Positions 20,534-29,429 of a stretch of 64,000 nt of DNA are shown here, piece by piece (the stretch's first letter is position 1; each line of letters starts with the position of its first letter). Location of the stretch: the IMG/VR virus record IMGVR_UViG_3300008116_000002; one strand, given 5' to 3'. A model generated the notes under the pieces. That model saw nothing but the letters and a program-made list of their open reading frames with translations, ran no database searches and was not told the origin of the DNA. A program made the translations under genes and the position numbers. The stretch is from a virus (taxonomy: Duplodnaviria; Caudoviricetes).

Positions 20534-20562
20534 TTGACAAATATTAATAAAGGTGTTATAAT
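20534..20562 (+). promoter_or_regulatory. sigma70-type promoter
   Basis: TTGACA-17-TATAAT. Confidence 0.9.
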
Positions 20563-20593
20563 ATAGTTGTAGCTAAATTGACGGAGTTATATT

Positions 20594-20983
20594 ATGACTA
20601 TGCATTTGGTTGGCCCTTGGTTGTCTACTGCCGGTAAGAAAAAGGGCAAGCAAAAATTTCGTAATGCAGAGCAAGCTCAGAAAGCTCGTGACTTAGATAG
20701 GAGTTGGCAAGAACTTTTGTCTAGTCATGGTGTGACCAATAACAAATCCAAAAAAGTTTCTAAGTTTACTTCTCGTAAATTAGTTATACCCAAGGTACCA
20801 GAAAATCGTAGCACAAAACACATTAAAAGTGTAGACTCCGGGCACCTTGGTGCGGTTTCTAGTCGTGCGCCGATGCAATATACCGGCGATAAGATTATGG
20901 GCATAGGTACTATGCATAAGTCTAACGCAGTTCCTATTTTTTCAGATAAAGAAGCAAAAGATATTTCTAGTATGAGGCGTTGA
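20594..20983 (+). CDS. conserved basic hypothetical protein
   Basis: YTGDKIMGIGTMHKSNAVP motif. Confidence 0.75.
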   Translation: MTMHLVGPWLSTAGKKKGKQKFRNAEQAQKARDLDRSWQELLSSHGVTNNKSKKVSKFTSRKLVIPKVPENRSTKHIKSVDSGHLGAVSSRAPMQYTGDKIMGIGTMHKSNAVPIFSDKEAKDISSMRR

Positions 20984-21756
20984 TGAGAACAATCGTTTTA
21001 GTTACCGGAGGCTTTGATCCTCTGCACTCCGGACATATTGCATATTTTAAAACTGCAGCTAGTTTAGGTGATACTCTAGTCGCCGGTCTAAATTCTGATG
21101 ATTGGCTTATTCGGAAAAAAGGTAAATTCTTTATGCCTTTCGTAGAAAGACAAAAAATCCTAGACAATCTTCGAATGGTAGATTGGTGCATAGATTTTGA
21201 TGACTCAGATGGTAGCGCAAAAGATGCAATTAGAAAAGTAAGAGAGTTCTGGCCTAGTTCTAAAATCATTTTTGCGAATGGTGGAGATAGAACAAGAACA
21301 AATATTCCAGAAATGGATATTCAAGATAATAATTTGGAATTTGCTTTTGGTATTGGCGGTGAGGATAAAAAGAATTCTAGCTCTTGGATATTAGAAGAAT
21401 GGAAATCGCCTAAGACAGATCGTCCATGGGGATACTACAGGACTTTACATAACTATGGACAAGAAGTTAAGGTAAAAGAACTTACTGTAGAGCCAGGTAA
21501 GTGTCTTAGTATGCAGAAACATTTTCAACGATCAGAACACTGGTTTGTGGCAGAAGGAACAGCAACTGTATATACTATTGATGCCCGCAAGACCGACACG
21601 GTACTAAAAGGCATCTATAATAAGTTTGATCATTTACACGTTAGTACTACAGAATGGCATCAACTTTGTAATGAAGGTAATACTCCATTAAAGATTGTAG
21701 AAATCCAATATGGAGATAATTGTATTGAAGAAGATATTGAAAGGAGAACCACATGA
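20980..21756 (+). CDS. cytidylyltransferase-like domain fused to mannose-6-phosphate isomerase-type cupin
   Basis: TGGFDPLHSGH (HIGH-like), ANGGDR; RPWGYY...LSMQKHFQRSEHW cupin. Confidence 0.85.
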   Translation: MMRTIVLVTGGFDPLHSGHIAYFKTAASLGDTLVAGLNSDDWLIRKKGKFFMPFVERQKILDNLRMVDWCIDFDDSDGSAKDAIRKVREFWPSSKIIFANGGDRTRTNIPEMDIQDNNLEFAFGIGGEDKKNSSSWILEEWKSPKTDRPWGYYRTLHNYGQEVKVKELTVEPGKCLSMQKHFQRSEHWFVAEGTATVYTIDARKTDTVLKGIYNKFDHLHVSTTEWHQLCNEGNTPLKIVEIQYGDNCIEEDIERRTT

Positions 21757-22031
21757 GCATACCATCAAATCCTGCAGATCGTAAAGCAATTTACGATTGC
21801 ATGAAAGAAATTAGTGATTCTATGACTCGTATTGAGAGTGAGCGAGATTTCATCAAAAATGCCATCAATACTATTTGCGAGGAACAGAATCTTTCTAAGA
21901 AGACCTTCCGTAAATTAGCGAAGGTATATCACAAGCAGAATTTCCAACAAGAAGTTCAAAGTCATGAAGAGTTTGAAACTCTCTATGAAACTATTACACA
22001 GACAACTACTATGAGCAAACAATATGCCTAA
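21753..22031 (+). CDS. dsbA: dsDNA-binding protein, T4 DsbA-like
   Basis: About 90 aa; KTFRKLAKVYHKQNF...EFETLYE pattern. Confidence 0.7.
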   Translation: MSIPSNPADRKAIYDCMKEISDSMTRIESERDFIKNAINTICEEQNLSKKTFRKLAKVYHKQNFQQEVQSHEEFETLYETITQTTTMSKQYA

Positions 22032-22281
22032 ATTCACATTCATTTCCGAGGACTTAGATCTTAATGGTTACAAAACAGGGTCCAAACTAACAAAAGAGTT
22101 TACCTGTGAAACTTTGGATGCAGTTGTTAAAGAGTTTGATATGTTTATTCGAGGAACCGGATATTCTTTTTTAGGTGAGATTGCAATAGTACCAGAAGAA
22201 GAAATTGTAATTAATGATGAAAATAACTTCACCCTTAATGAATATGAATATGACCCTAGCAATATTTTGGGGACAGCATGA
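22024..22281 (+). CDS. hypothetical protein
   Basis: Operon ORF. Confidence 0.7.
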   Translation: MPKFTFISEDLDLNGYKTGSKLTKEFTCETLDAVVKEFDMFIRGTGYSFLGEIAIVPEEEIVINDENNFTLNEYEYDPSNILGTA

Positions 22282-22472
22282 TTGCAAATCAATTCATTGT
22301 AGAAGCCAAATACTTAGATAAGATTAATCGGGTAAAGAGAAAATCTATTTTAGGTGTCTACAAAAATCTTGAAGCCGTTGAAAAAGTCAAAGAAAAAGCC
22401 ATTTCTGAAGAGAAAAAATATAAGGTTGTTTTTTCAATAACAACTAATTATGATCCTTTCATTAGAACTTGA
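22278..22472 (+). CDS. hypothetical protein
   Basis: Operon ORF. Confidence 0.6.
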   Translation: MIANQFIVEAKYLDKINRVKRKSILGVYKNLEAVEKVKEKAISEEKKYKVVFSITTNYDPFIRT

Positions 22473-22497
22473 CAACTTAATCATTAGGTGTTATAAT
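22469..22497 (+). promoter_or_regulatory. sigma70-type promoter
   Basis: TTGACA-17-TATAAT followed by AGGAGG RBS. Confidence 0.9.
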
Positions 22498-22516
22498 ATG
22501 GCTATAGGAGGAAATA

Positions 22517-23842
22517 ATGAGCCAAATTTATAATATTTTTGATCAGCTTGCTTCGGATAATTCTCGCCTTGCGAAAGAGGCGATTCTAATTAAGAACAAG
22601 TCAAACGAAATACTACAACGAGTGTTTTATTTGGCATTAGACCCATTTGTTCAATTTTATATTAGAAAAATTCCGAAGTATGAATCCAATGCACCTTATT
22701 GGGCTTTACAAGAAGGAATGGATCAGCTATCTAGGTTATCCAGCCGTGAGGTAACAGGCAATGCAGCAATTGAACACTTAACTACAGTACTATCTAAACT
22801 GGAACCTGAGGATGCAAAAATCATTGAGCGTATTATTGCAAAAGATCTCCGATGCGGGGTATCAGAAGCAACAGCAAACAAAATTTGGCCAGGTCTTGTC
22901 TCGACGTACCCGGTTATGTTGGCTTCTGGATACGACCAAAAGCTCGTTGATAAAATCCAATGGCCGGCTCTCGTACAGCTTAAGCTCGACGGAATGCGAT
23001 TCAACGCAATTGTTAAAAACGGAGAAGTAGAGTTTAGATCTCGTAATGGCAAAGAGCTTAGTATTCCAAATAAATCTTTCGCAGTTCCTTTTGTTAAACT
23101 AGCAGAACACTATAAACAGGATATGGTGTTTGATGGCGAACTGCTTGTTGCAGATTTTGCAGGCAAACCCGTCAACAGACAAACAGGCAATGGTATCTTG
23201 TCAAAATCCATCAAAGGAACCATGTCTAATGATGAGGCTTTGCAGGTAAGAGCTACACTATGGGATGCTATATCGTATGAGGATTTCACTAAGGGCGTTA
23301 GTGATGAGGCATACAATATTAGATTAGCTAAAGTATCTAATGCTATATCCCATGTCAAAAGTTTATTCCCACAATTCGGAATCTACATTGATCTAGTATG
23401 GACTAAAGAAGTAGATAACCTATATACCGCGCAAAGAATTTTTGAGAAGTTTCTTGCTGAAGGTCAAGAAGGTACTATTCTAAAATCAAAGAATGGTATT
23501 TGGGAAGACAAACGATCGAAGGGGCAAATTAAATTTAAGGGTGAACTTGAGTGTGATCTGCGTGTAGTAGATTGGGAAGAAGGCACAGGTAAAAACAAAG
23601 GTCGACTTGGTGCACTGGTATGCGAATCTGACGATGGCAAAATTCGCGTAAATGTAGGATCAGGTTATAGTGACGAACAAAGAGAAGCTTATACCAAAAA
23701 AGTAATAGGAAAAATTGCTACAGTAAAATATAATGCACGTATACAGGATAAAGGTGGGAATGTTGAGTCCTTATTCCTTCCGGTGTTCATTGAACTTCGT
23801 GAAGATAAAGATATTGCAGATGTTTCTATAAAGATAAAATGA
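22517..23842 (+). CDS. 30: ATP-dependent DNA ligase (gp30)
   Basis: KLDGMR, FDGEL, EGTILK, NVGSG, LFLPVF motifs. Confidence 0.95.
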   Translation: MSQIYNIFDQLASDNSRLAKEAILIKNKSNEILQRVFYLALDPFVQFYIRKIPKYESNAPYWALQEGMDQLSRLSSREVTGNAAIEHLTTVLSKLEPEDAKIIERIIAKDLRCGVSEATANKIWPGLVSTYPVMLASGYDQKLVDKIQWPALVQLKLDGMRFNAIVKNGEVEFRSRNGKELSIPNKSFAVPFVKLAEHYKQDMVFDGELLVADFAGKPVNRQTGNGILSKSIKGTMSNDEALQVRATLWDAISYEDFTKGVSDEAYNIRLAKVSNAISHVKSLFPQFGIYIDLVWTKEVDNLYTAQRIFEKFLAEGQEGTILKSKNGIWEDKRSKGQIKFKGELECDLRVVDWEEGTGKNKGRLGALVCESDDGKIRVNVGSGYSDEQREAYTKKVIGKIATVKYNARIQDKGGNVESLFLPVFIELREDKDIADVSIKIK

Positions 23843-24318
23843 AAATTATTTACATTGACATGGATGGTGTAATAGCAGACTTTAATCGTCGATATATTGA
23901 GCTTTTCAATCACGAACCTGGCGAAAAACGAGATGAAAAATTTGGTGAGAGGTGGAGAACTTTAATTGATGATGAGCATTTCGCTTCTTTTGATTGGATG
24001 TCCGAAGCACAAAGTCTTCTTTACTATCTAAAGTCTTTGGATATACAAAAAGCGATACTATCTTCTACCGGAGGCTTCAATGATCATAACAGTATATCCA
24101 ATCAAAAACAAAAATGGTTAACTGATCGCTCTATTAACTATCCTGCGATCTTTGTTCCTGGCAAACAATATAAACCGGGATATGCAAATAAAAATTCTTT
24201 ATTGATTGATGATACATTGAGTATTATTACTGCATTTCAGAAAGCAGGTGGTGCTGCAGTTCATCATACTAATGCAAATGAAACTATACAATTTGTAGAG
24301 AGTTGGTTAAATGACTGA
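23839..24318 (+). CDS. HAD 5'(3')-deoxyribonucleotidase-like
   Basis: IYIDMDGVIADF; LLIDD. Confidence 0.85.
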   Translation: MKIIYIDMDGVIADFNRRYIELFNHEPGEKRDEKFGERWRTLIDDEHFASFDWMSEAQSLLYYLKSLDIQKAILSSTGGFNDHNSISNQKQKWLTDRSINYPAIFVPGKQYKPGYANKNSLLIDDTLSIITAFQKAGGAAVHHTNANETIQFVESWLND

Positions 24319-24449
24319 CGAGGAAGCCACAAAAATATACGAGGACATAAGAGCATATTTTGGTAAAGATTGCCCTAATCCAGAGCAAGAACCTATAAGG
24401 TTCGCACATTATGTAAAATTATATCATTTTTATACTACAAGGAAAACTG

Positions 24450-24929
24450 ATGAGCCTAGTTGATTACGCAGAAAAAGAATTAGATCGTATTGGCATGACC
24501 GATGAAGATGAATATAATGGTATGATGCGTAAGCATTTGTTACATATGGTAAAAGAGTTTGGAGATGAAGGTCATTCTGGATTCTCTGCTGGCTATGCGA
24601 TTCAATGTCTGAAGAAACTATTTAATTTTAAACCATTGTCACCGCTAACGGGTGAAGATGATGAATGGGCAGATATTGGCGGAAACTTATTTCAGAATAA
24701 GCGATGCTCCTCAATATTTAAAGACGCAACCGGAGATGCGTATGATATTGACGGTAGAGTGTTCTGGGAATGGTATACTGATAAGGAGACAGGAGAAAAA
24801 TATAAATCCTATTACACCTGCTATGAATCAAGATTACCTGTAACTTTCCCCTATGTTGTACCTGACGAACGTATTGAAGAATATCGTAAATCTGATTCAG
24901 AGCCACCATCGCCACCACATACTGAATAA
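24450..24929 (+). CDS. conserved hypothetical protein (GHSGFSA family)
   Basis: EGHSGFSA...PLTGEDDEW. Confidence 0.7.
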   Translation: MSLVDYAEKELDRIGMTDEDEYNGMMRKHLLHMVKEFGDEGHSGFSAGYAIQCLKKLFNFKPLSPLTGEDDEWADIGGNLFQNKRCSSIFKDATGDAYDIDGRVFWEWYTDKETGEKYKSYYTCYESRLPVTFPYVVPDERIEEYRKSDSEPPSPPHTE

Positions 24930-24940
24930 GAATTGATATA

Positions 24941-25246
24941 ATGAGTTATACTAATAACTACCTAACAGATTCCGTAGATGTCACTTACAAAGATATACCC
25001 ATAGGTGGTAAACTTGTAATCGCTCAGAAGATTGTAACTAGTCTTGAGATGTCCCAAATGAATGAGTCGAATCTAAAAACATGGATAAAAGAAAATCTTG
25101 CGATGAATCTTGTTCGAAGCATGATTGACAATAATTTTATAGAATTTACTAAAATGACTTCTTCCCAGGACTATAGCGTGAAGTTTTCTGCAAGATGCTA
25201 TTTGGCCCCATCAGACGAGGTTAAGATTTTGAGAACATTACTATGA
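24941..25246 (+). CDS. hypothetical protein
   Basis: ORF in operon. Confidence 0.65.
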   Translation: MSYTNNYLTDSVDVTYKDIPIGGKLVIAQKIVTSLEMSQMNESNLKTWIKENLAMNLVRSMIDNNFIEFTKMTSSQDYSVKFSARCYLAPSDEVKILRTLL

Positions 25247-25263
25247 TATTTTCTGCACAAATT

Positions 25264-25290
25264 AATAAATATCTCGGGAGACCGAGATAT
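25264..25290 (+). promoter_or_regulatory. late promoter plus RBS-occluding hairpin
   Basis: AATAAATA overlapping perfect 9-bp stem ATATCTCGG-GAGA-CCGAGATAT that covers the SD and ATG. Confidence 0.7.
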
Positions 25291-25561
25291 GAGCGCAACA
25301 ATTTACACATTTCCGGACAGATACACCCGATGGTTCAACGGGTACAAAATTTCATTATATAATGAAGAGGAGATCTTTATTACTGTTTCTGTAATGAATA
25401 TTTTTGGTAATCTTAAAGAACGAATCACAGACTCTACTATAGAAAAGTGTGATCCATATGATATTATACATTGCTTATCAGAAGCAAAATCCTCTAATAT
25501 GTTCTCTTTAAGAACAAAACAAATAATCAATAAGATATTGAGGTCTATCGAACCCGCATGA
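25289..25561 (+). CDS. hypothetical protein
   Basis: GGAG RBS; late promoter. Confidence 0.7.
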   Translation: MSATIYTFPDRYTRWFNGYKISLYNEEEIFITVSVMNIFGNLKERITDSTIEKCDPYDIIHCLSEAKSSNMFSLRTKQIINKILRSIEPA

Positions 25562-26097
25562 ATATATTCTATCTACATAATGATCCTGTGAAGTGTGCTG
25601 AACTACATAACGATAAACATGTAGTTAAGATGATTTTAGAGTATGGGCAATTAATGTCTACTGCACATAGAGTACTTGACGGTACTCCCTACTACGGTAA
25701 AACCGCAAACGGAAGAAATATTAAACGTTGGTTATTGGATGACGAACGTGAACCTGTCCTATGGAAAGCTAGCCACATAAACCATCCATCAGGTATTTGG
25801 ACCAGAGCATCCTCAGAAAATTATACATGGCTAAATTCTTTATGGTTAAGTCTTTTAGGTGAGTATACCTTTAGATATGGCAAGAATCATTCTGCAGAAA
25901 GAATGGCGATGTATTTTAAAAGATTACCGAATAACATTCCGCAAGGAGTATTTACTGAACCTACTCCTGCTATGCCTGATAAATACAAAGTACCTAGTAA
26001 TAGTATTCAATCCTATAAAAATTATTACATAGGAGACAAGCAACACTTAGCTTCATGGAAAAAACGATTCGTGCCTAGTTGGTATGTAACTACTTGA
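25558..26097 (+). CDS. pyrimidine-dimer glycosylase-like conserved phage protein
   Basis: MNIFYL...DKHVVKMILE...HINHPS...PTPAMPD. Confidence 0.7.
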   Translation: MNIFYLHNDPVKCAELHNDKHVVKMILEYGQLMSTAHRVLDGTPYYGKTANGRNIKRWLLDDEREPVLWKASHINHPSGIWTRASSENYTWLNSLWLSLLGEYTFRYGKNHSAERMAMYFKRLPNNIPQGVFTEPTPAMPDKYKVPSNSIQSYKNYYIGDKQHLASWKKRFVPSWYVTT

Positions 26098-26106
26098 AAG
26101 GAAATT

Positions 26107-26499
26107 ATGGAAACTCATAAACTTCAGCTTGAAGAAGGTTTTGAAGATCATCGCGGTAAAATTTTACCCATCGTTCATGACTTCGCAAATGTACAAATGA
26201 TTTGGTCAAAGAAAGGCGCTTTACGTGCCAATCATTATCATAAAACAGATACACACACTTGTTTTTTAGTAACAGGTACTATGGATTACTATTGGCGTAA
26301 TCACGGTGAAACTAAAATTCACAAAGAACAGTTCGTAGCAGGAGATCTTTTTAAGACAGGTCCTTTAATTGATCATGAGATGGTTTTTACTGATGATTCA
26401 ACTATGGTTGTAGTGTCCGAGCATAAAAGAGATGCTATGACATATGATGAGGACATTGTTAAGATTACTCCATTGCACGAACAATATGAAAACGTATGA
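26107..26499 (+). CDS. cupin (NDP-sugar epimerase/isomerase-like)
   Basis: DHRGKI, RANHYHK, HEMVF. Confidence 0.75.
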   Translation: METHKLQLEEGFEDHRGKILPIVHDFANVQMIWSKKGALRANHYHKTDTHTCFLVTGTMDYYWRNHGETKIHKEQFVAGDLFKTGPLIDHEMVFTDDSTMVVVSEHKRDAMTYDEDIVKITPLHEQYENV

Positions 26500-27619
26500 T
26501 GTATGCCGCTGCTGCGGAAATGATAAGTTAGAGCCTTGGTTATCCTTACCGGATTCTCCGGTAGCCAATGCTTTATTCTATGAACCTAACTATGACAAGT
26601 TTCCCTTAGAACTAAATTATTGTTCTAACTGCGGACATTTGCAGTTAGCCTCTGCACCTGAACCAAATACAGTATTCTCAACCTACAGATACAAGTCAGG
26701 TGTTTCTAATTCATTTAGAAATCATTTTGCTGAATATGCTAACACCGTATCTGGTTTTTATGATACCCCAGGTTCGGTTTTGGAAATTGGTAGTAATGAT
26801 GGGTACTTGCTGCAGCAATTTAAAGATAAAAAGTGGATTGTATATGGTGTTGAACCATCAGAATATCTAAAACGAGATCATGTAGAAAATAAAATTCCTG
26901 TCTACACAGATTTCTTCAGCACAAAGTTAGTCGATAACAATGAATGGAGAAATTACTTCGATGTAGTATGTGCTAATAATGTTCTAGCACATATTCCTGA
27001 TATGCATGATGTGATGGAAGGCATTTCTATGGCTCTAAAGCCAAATGGTCTTCTTGTTGCAGAGTGTGGGCATCGTGATGGAATTTCTTCGGGTAAATAT
27101 CTTGACAATGTTTATCATGAACATATTGATTATTACACACCACATTCATTCTCAAAATTATGCGAGGCACATGGGCTAGTTGTTGAAAGCGTACACATGA
27201 TTAACACTCATGGTATTAGCTTCAGAGCATATGTTAGGAAAAAAGAAGGAACTTCTGAGATACCTTTAGAATCTCTAGATTCGAATTCATTTGAAAATGT
27301 CGTTGACTTAATTGCAGCTCGCCAAACTAAAATGAAGCAATTAATCGGAGATAGACAATTTATTGCATATGGAGCAGCAGCTAAAGCAGTCACCGCTCTT
27401 TATACTTTAGATATGGTTGATGAAAAACTTATCGGAGTAGTTGATGATAATGAGTTAAAGCAGGGTTGCTATTTCCCCGGAACAAATATCATGATTACCC
27501 AGCCAGAGAACATGGATAAGAATGCTCTAGTATTAATTACAGCATGGAATGTTTACGAAGATATTAAGCGTAAACTTGTAGAACGTGGACATACTGGAGA
27601 AATTCTTTGCATGCAGTAA
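26486..27619 (+). CDS. NDP-hexose C-methyltransferase family protein
   Basis: Zn-site CRCCG...CSNCGHLQL, SAM motif EIGSNDG, YHEHIDYY, YGAAAKA. Confidence 0.88.
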   Translation: MKTYDVCRCCGNDKLEPWLSLPDSPVANALFYEPNYDKFPLELNYCSNCGHLQLASAPEPNTVFSTYRYKSGVSNSFRNHFAEYANTVSGFYDTPGSVLEIGSNDGYLLQQFKDKKWIVYGVEPSEYLKRDHVENKIPVYTDFFSTKLVDNNEWRNYFDVVCANNVLAHIPDMHDVMEGISMALKPNGLLVAECGHRDGISSGKYLDNVYHEHIDYYTPHSFSKLCEAHGLVVESVHMINTHGISFRAYVRKKEGTSEIPLESLDSNSFENVVDLIAARQTKMKQLIGDRQFIAYGAAAKAVTALYTLDMVDEKLIGVVDDNELKQGCYFPGTNIMITQPENMDKNALVLITAWNVYEDIKRKLVERGHTGEILCMQ

Positions 27620-28344
27620 TTTATGGATCAGGTAAATGGTCTCAGTTACTACAAATTAAACTTAAATCATTTGGATTTGAATCTATTCTTATAGGAAATA
27701 ATCCTCTGGCAACAAAGTTTACCAGAGAAAATGTTTCTAATCAAAAACAAAGAATACCTGTTTTTATAGCATCTGCAACTAAAGATCATCTTGCAGATAT
27801 TATTCATTCGAGTAGATTCAATCCAAATATTATTTTTGTAGAAAAAGGATTCTCTGATGCTAAAGAAAAACTAGCTGCCAAGGATTGGTCTGTTTCCAAG
27901 CGAATTCCTATCTTTATCTTAAGTCAGTATAGGTATTCAAAAGTTTTTGATATTTTGGAACCCTTTAAAGAAAATATAATTAGCATTTTACATGACTGGA
28001 CTATAGAAAAGGGATTGATTTCTGAATGGATTCCTCATATAATGTCCATTGACAATTATATAAAAGGTAGCGATAATCAATTTTATGTTTCTAATGCGGG
28101 TAGTTATCTAATAGATAAAATTTCCAGTTTTAGAATAAAACATGGAGAAATGCGAGAATTAAAAACCATAGTTAAAACCGCAGATGAGACTATTGTTTTA
28201 ACATTTGGGGCAAACAACAGCATTCACATAAAAAGTAAACACGGGGTCGATGCATTTTCAACATTTGAGAATGAGGATTGTATTACCTCACAACTAAAAG
28301 ACATTATAATAAACACTGAGAATTTACGTTTAGAAAGGCTATAA
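27607..28344 (+). CDS. Gfo/Idh/MocA-like oxidoreductase (divergent)
   Basis: Rossmann-like IYGSGKWS; VFIASAT...H, FVEKG. Confidence 0.55.
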   Translation: MHAVIYGSGKWSQLLQIKLKSFGFESILIGNNPLATKFTRENVSNQKQRIPVFIASATKDHLADIIHSSRFNPNIIFVEKGFSDAKEKLAAKDWSVSKRIPIFILSQYRYSKVFDILEPFKENIISILHDWTIEKGLISEWIPHIMSIDNYIKGSDNQFYVSNAGSYLIDKISSFRIKHGEMRELKTIVKTADETIVLTFGANNSIHIKSKHGVDAFSTFENEDCITSQLKDIIINTENLRLERL

Positions 28345-29343
28345 ATGAAACTCTTAATTTTGGGCGTTGACGGATTTATTGGTTATCACCTCACTGATTC
28401 TATTTTAAAAGATGATAATTTTAAAGATTGGTCTATTACTGGTATAGATTTAAACACTGCAAGAGTAAATATGTTACCGCAGGATAGCAGATTTACTTTT
28501 CACAAAGCAGACATCATGAAAGACAGAGATCTCGTAGATTCTCTTATTCATGAATGCGATGTTGTTATGCCCTTGGTAGCAATTGCTACTCCAAAACTTT
28601 ATGTGGAACAACCTCTTAGAGTATTTCAATTAGACTTTGAGGAAAACTTGCGAGTTATTAAACTTGCCCATGCTTTGAACAAAAGAATTATTTTCCCATC
28701 CACATCTGAGGTATATGGTAAGAGTACCGCACCTTTTGATGAGGATAGTTCTGATCTGGTATATGGTCCTATTAAGTATTCCCGTTGGATTTATGCTTGC
28801 TCTAAACAATTATTGGATAGAGTAATTTTCGCAATGAATCAAGATAGTCCTTTTAGGTTCACTTTGTTCCGACCATTTAACTGGGTAGGTCCTTATTTGG
28901 ATTCGCTGGAGTCTACATCTGAAGGTTCCTCTCGTCTAATTACTCAGCTTATGGGTGATGCTATTCAACGTAAAGAAGTTACATTAGTCGATGGTGGCCA
29001 CCAGAAAAGATGTTTTACAGATGTTAGAGATGGCGTAGATGCACTGAAACTTATTTTATTGAATGAGGATAAGTCTAACGGAAAAATCTTTAACGTAGGC
29101 AATCCTTGGAATAATCTATCTGTACGAGATGTTGCTGTTCTATTGATCGATCGAATGAAGAGCAGAGGCGTTATTGATAATGCAGATATTAAAGTTAAGT
29201 CCAGCGGAGACTTCTATGGTTCGGGCTATCAAGATGTTACCAGCAGAGTTCCTAGTATTAACGCAATTGGCAATGCTTTGGGGTGGGCACCTAAATATAC
29301 TTTCCCCGATTCACTTGAGAATATTTTAGATTCCTTACAGTAA
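28345..29343 (+). CDS. UDP-glucuronate decarboxylase (ArnA C-domain / UDP-4-keto-pentose/UDP-xylose synthase family)
   Basis: GVDGFIG, PLVAIATP, PSTSEVYG, RWIYACSK, SSRLITQ, QKRCFTD, YQDV..RVPSI. Confidence 0.9.
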   Translation: MKLLILGVDGFIGYHLTDSILKDDNFKDWSITGIDLNTARVNMLPQDSRFTFHKADIMKDRDLVDSLIHECDVVMPLVAIATPKLYVEQPLRVFQLDFEENLRVIKLAHALNKRIIFPSTSEVYGKSTAPFDEDSSDLVYGPIKYSRWIYACSKQLLDRVIFAMNQDSPFRFTLFRPFNWVGPYLDSLESTSEGSSRLITQLMGDAIQRKEVTLVDGGHQKRCFTDVRDGVDALKLILLNEDKSNGKIFNVGNPWNNLSVRDVAVLLIDRMKSRGVIDNADIKVKSSGDFYGSGYQDVTSRVPSINAIGNALGWAPKYTFPDSLENILDSLQ

Positions 29344-29429
29344 CCTTACAGAATTGTTTCAGTTTTGTTGCCTTATAGATATTTCGTCATAATATAATTA
29401 TGGCGCTATAATTCATATAGGAGAAAAAT

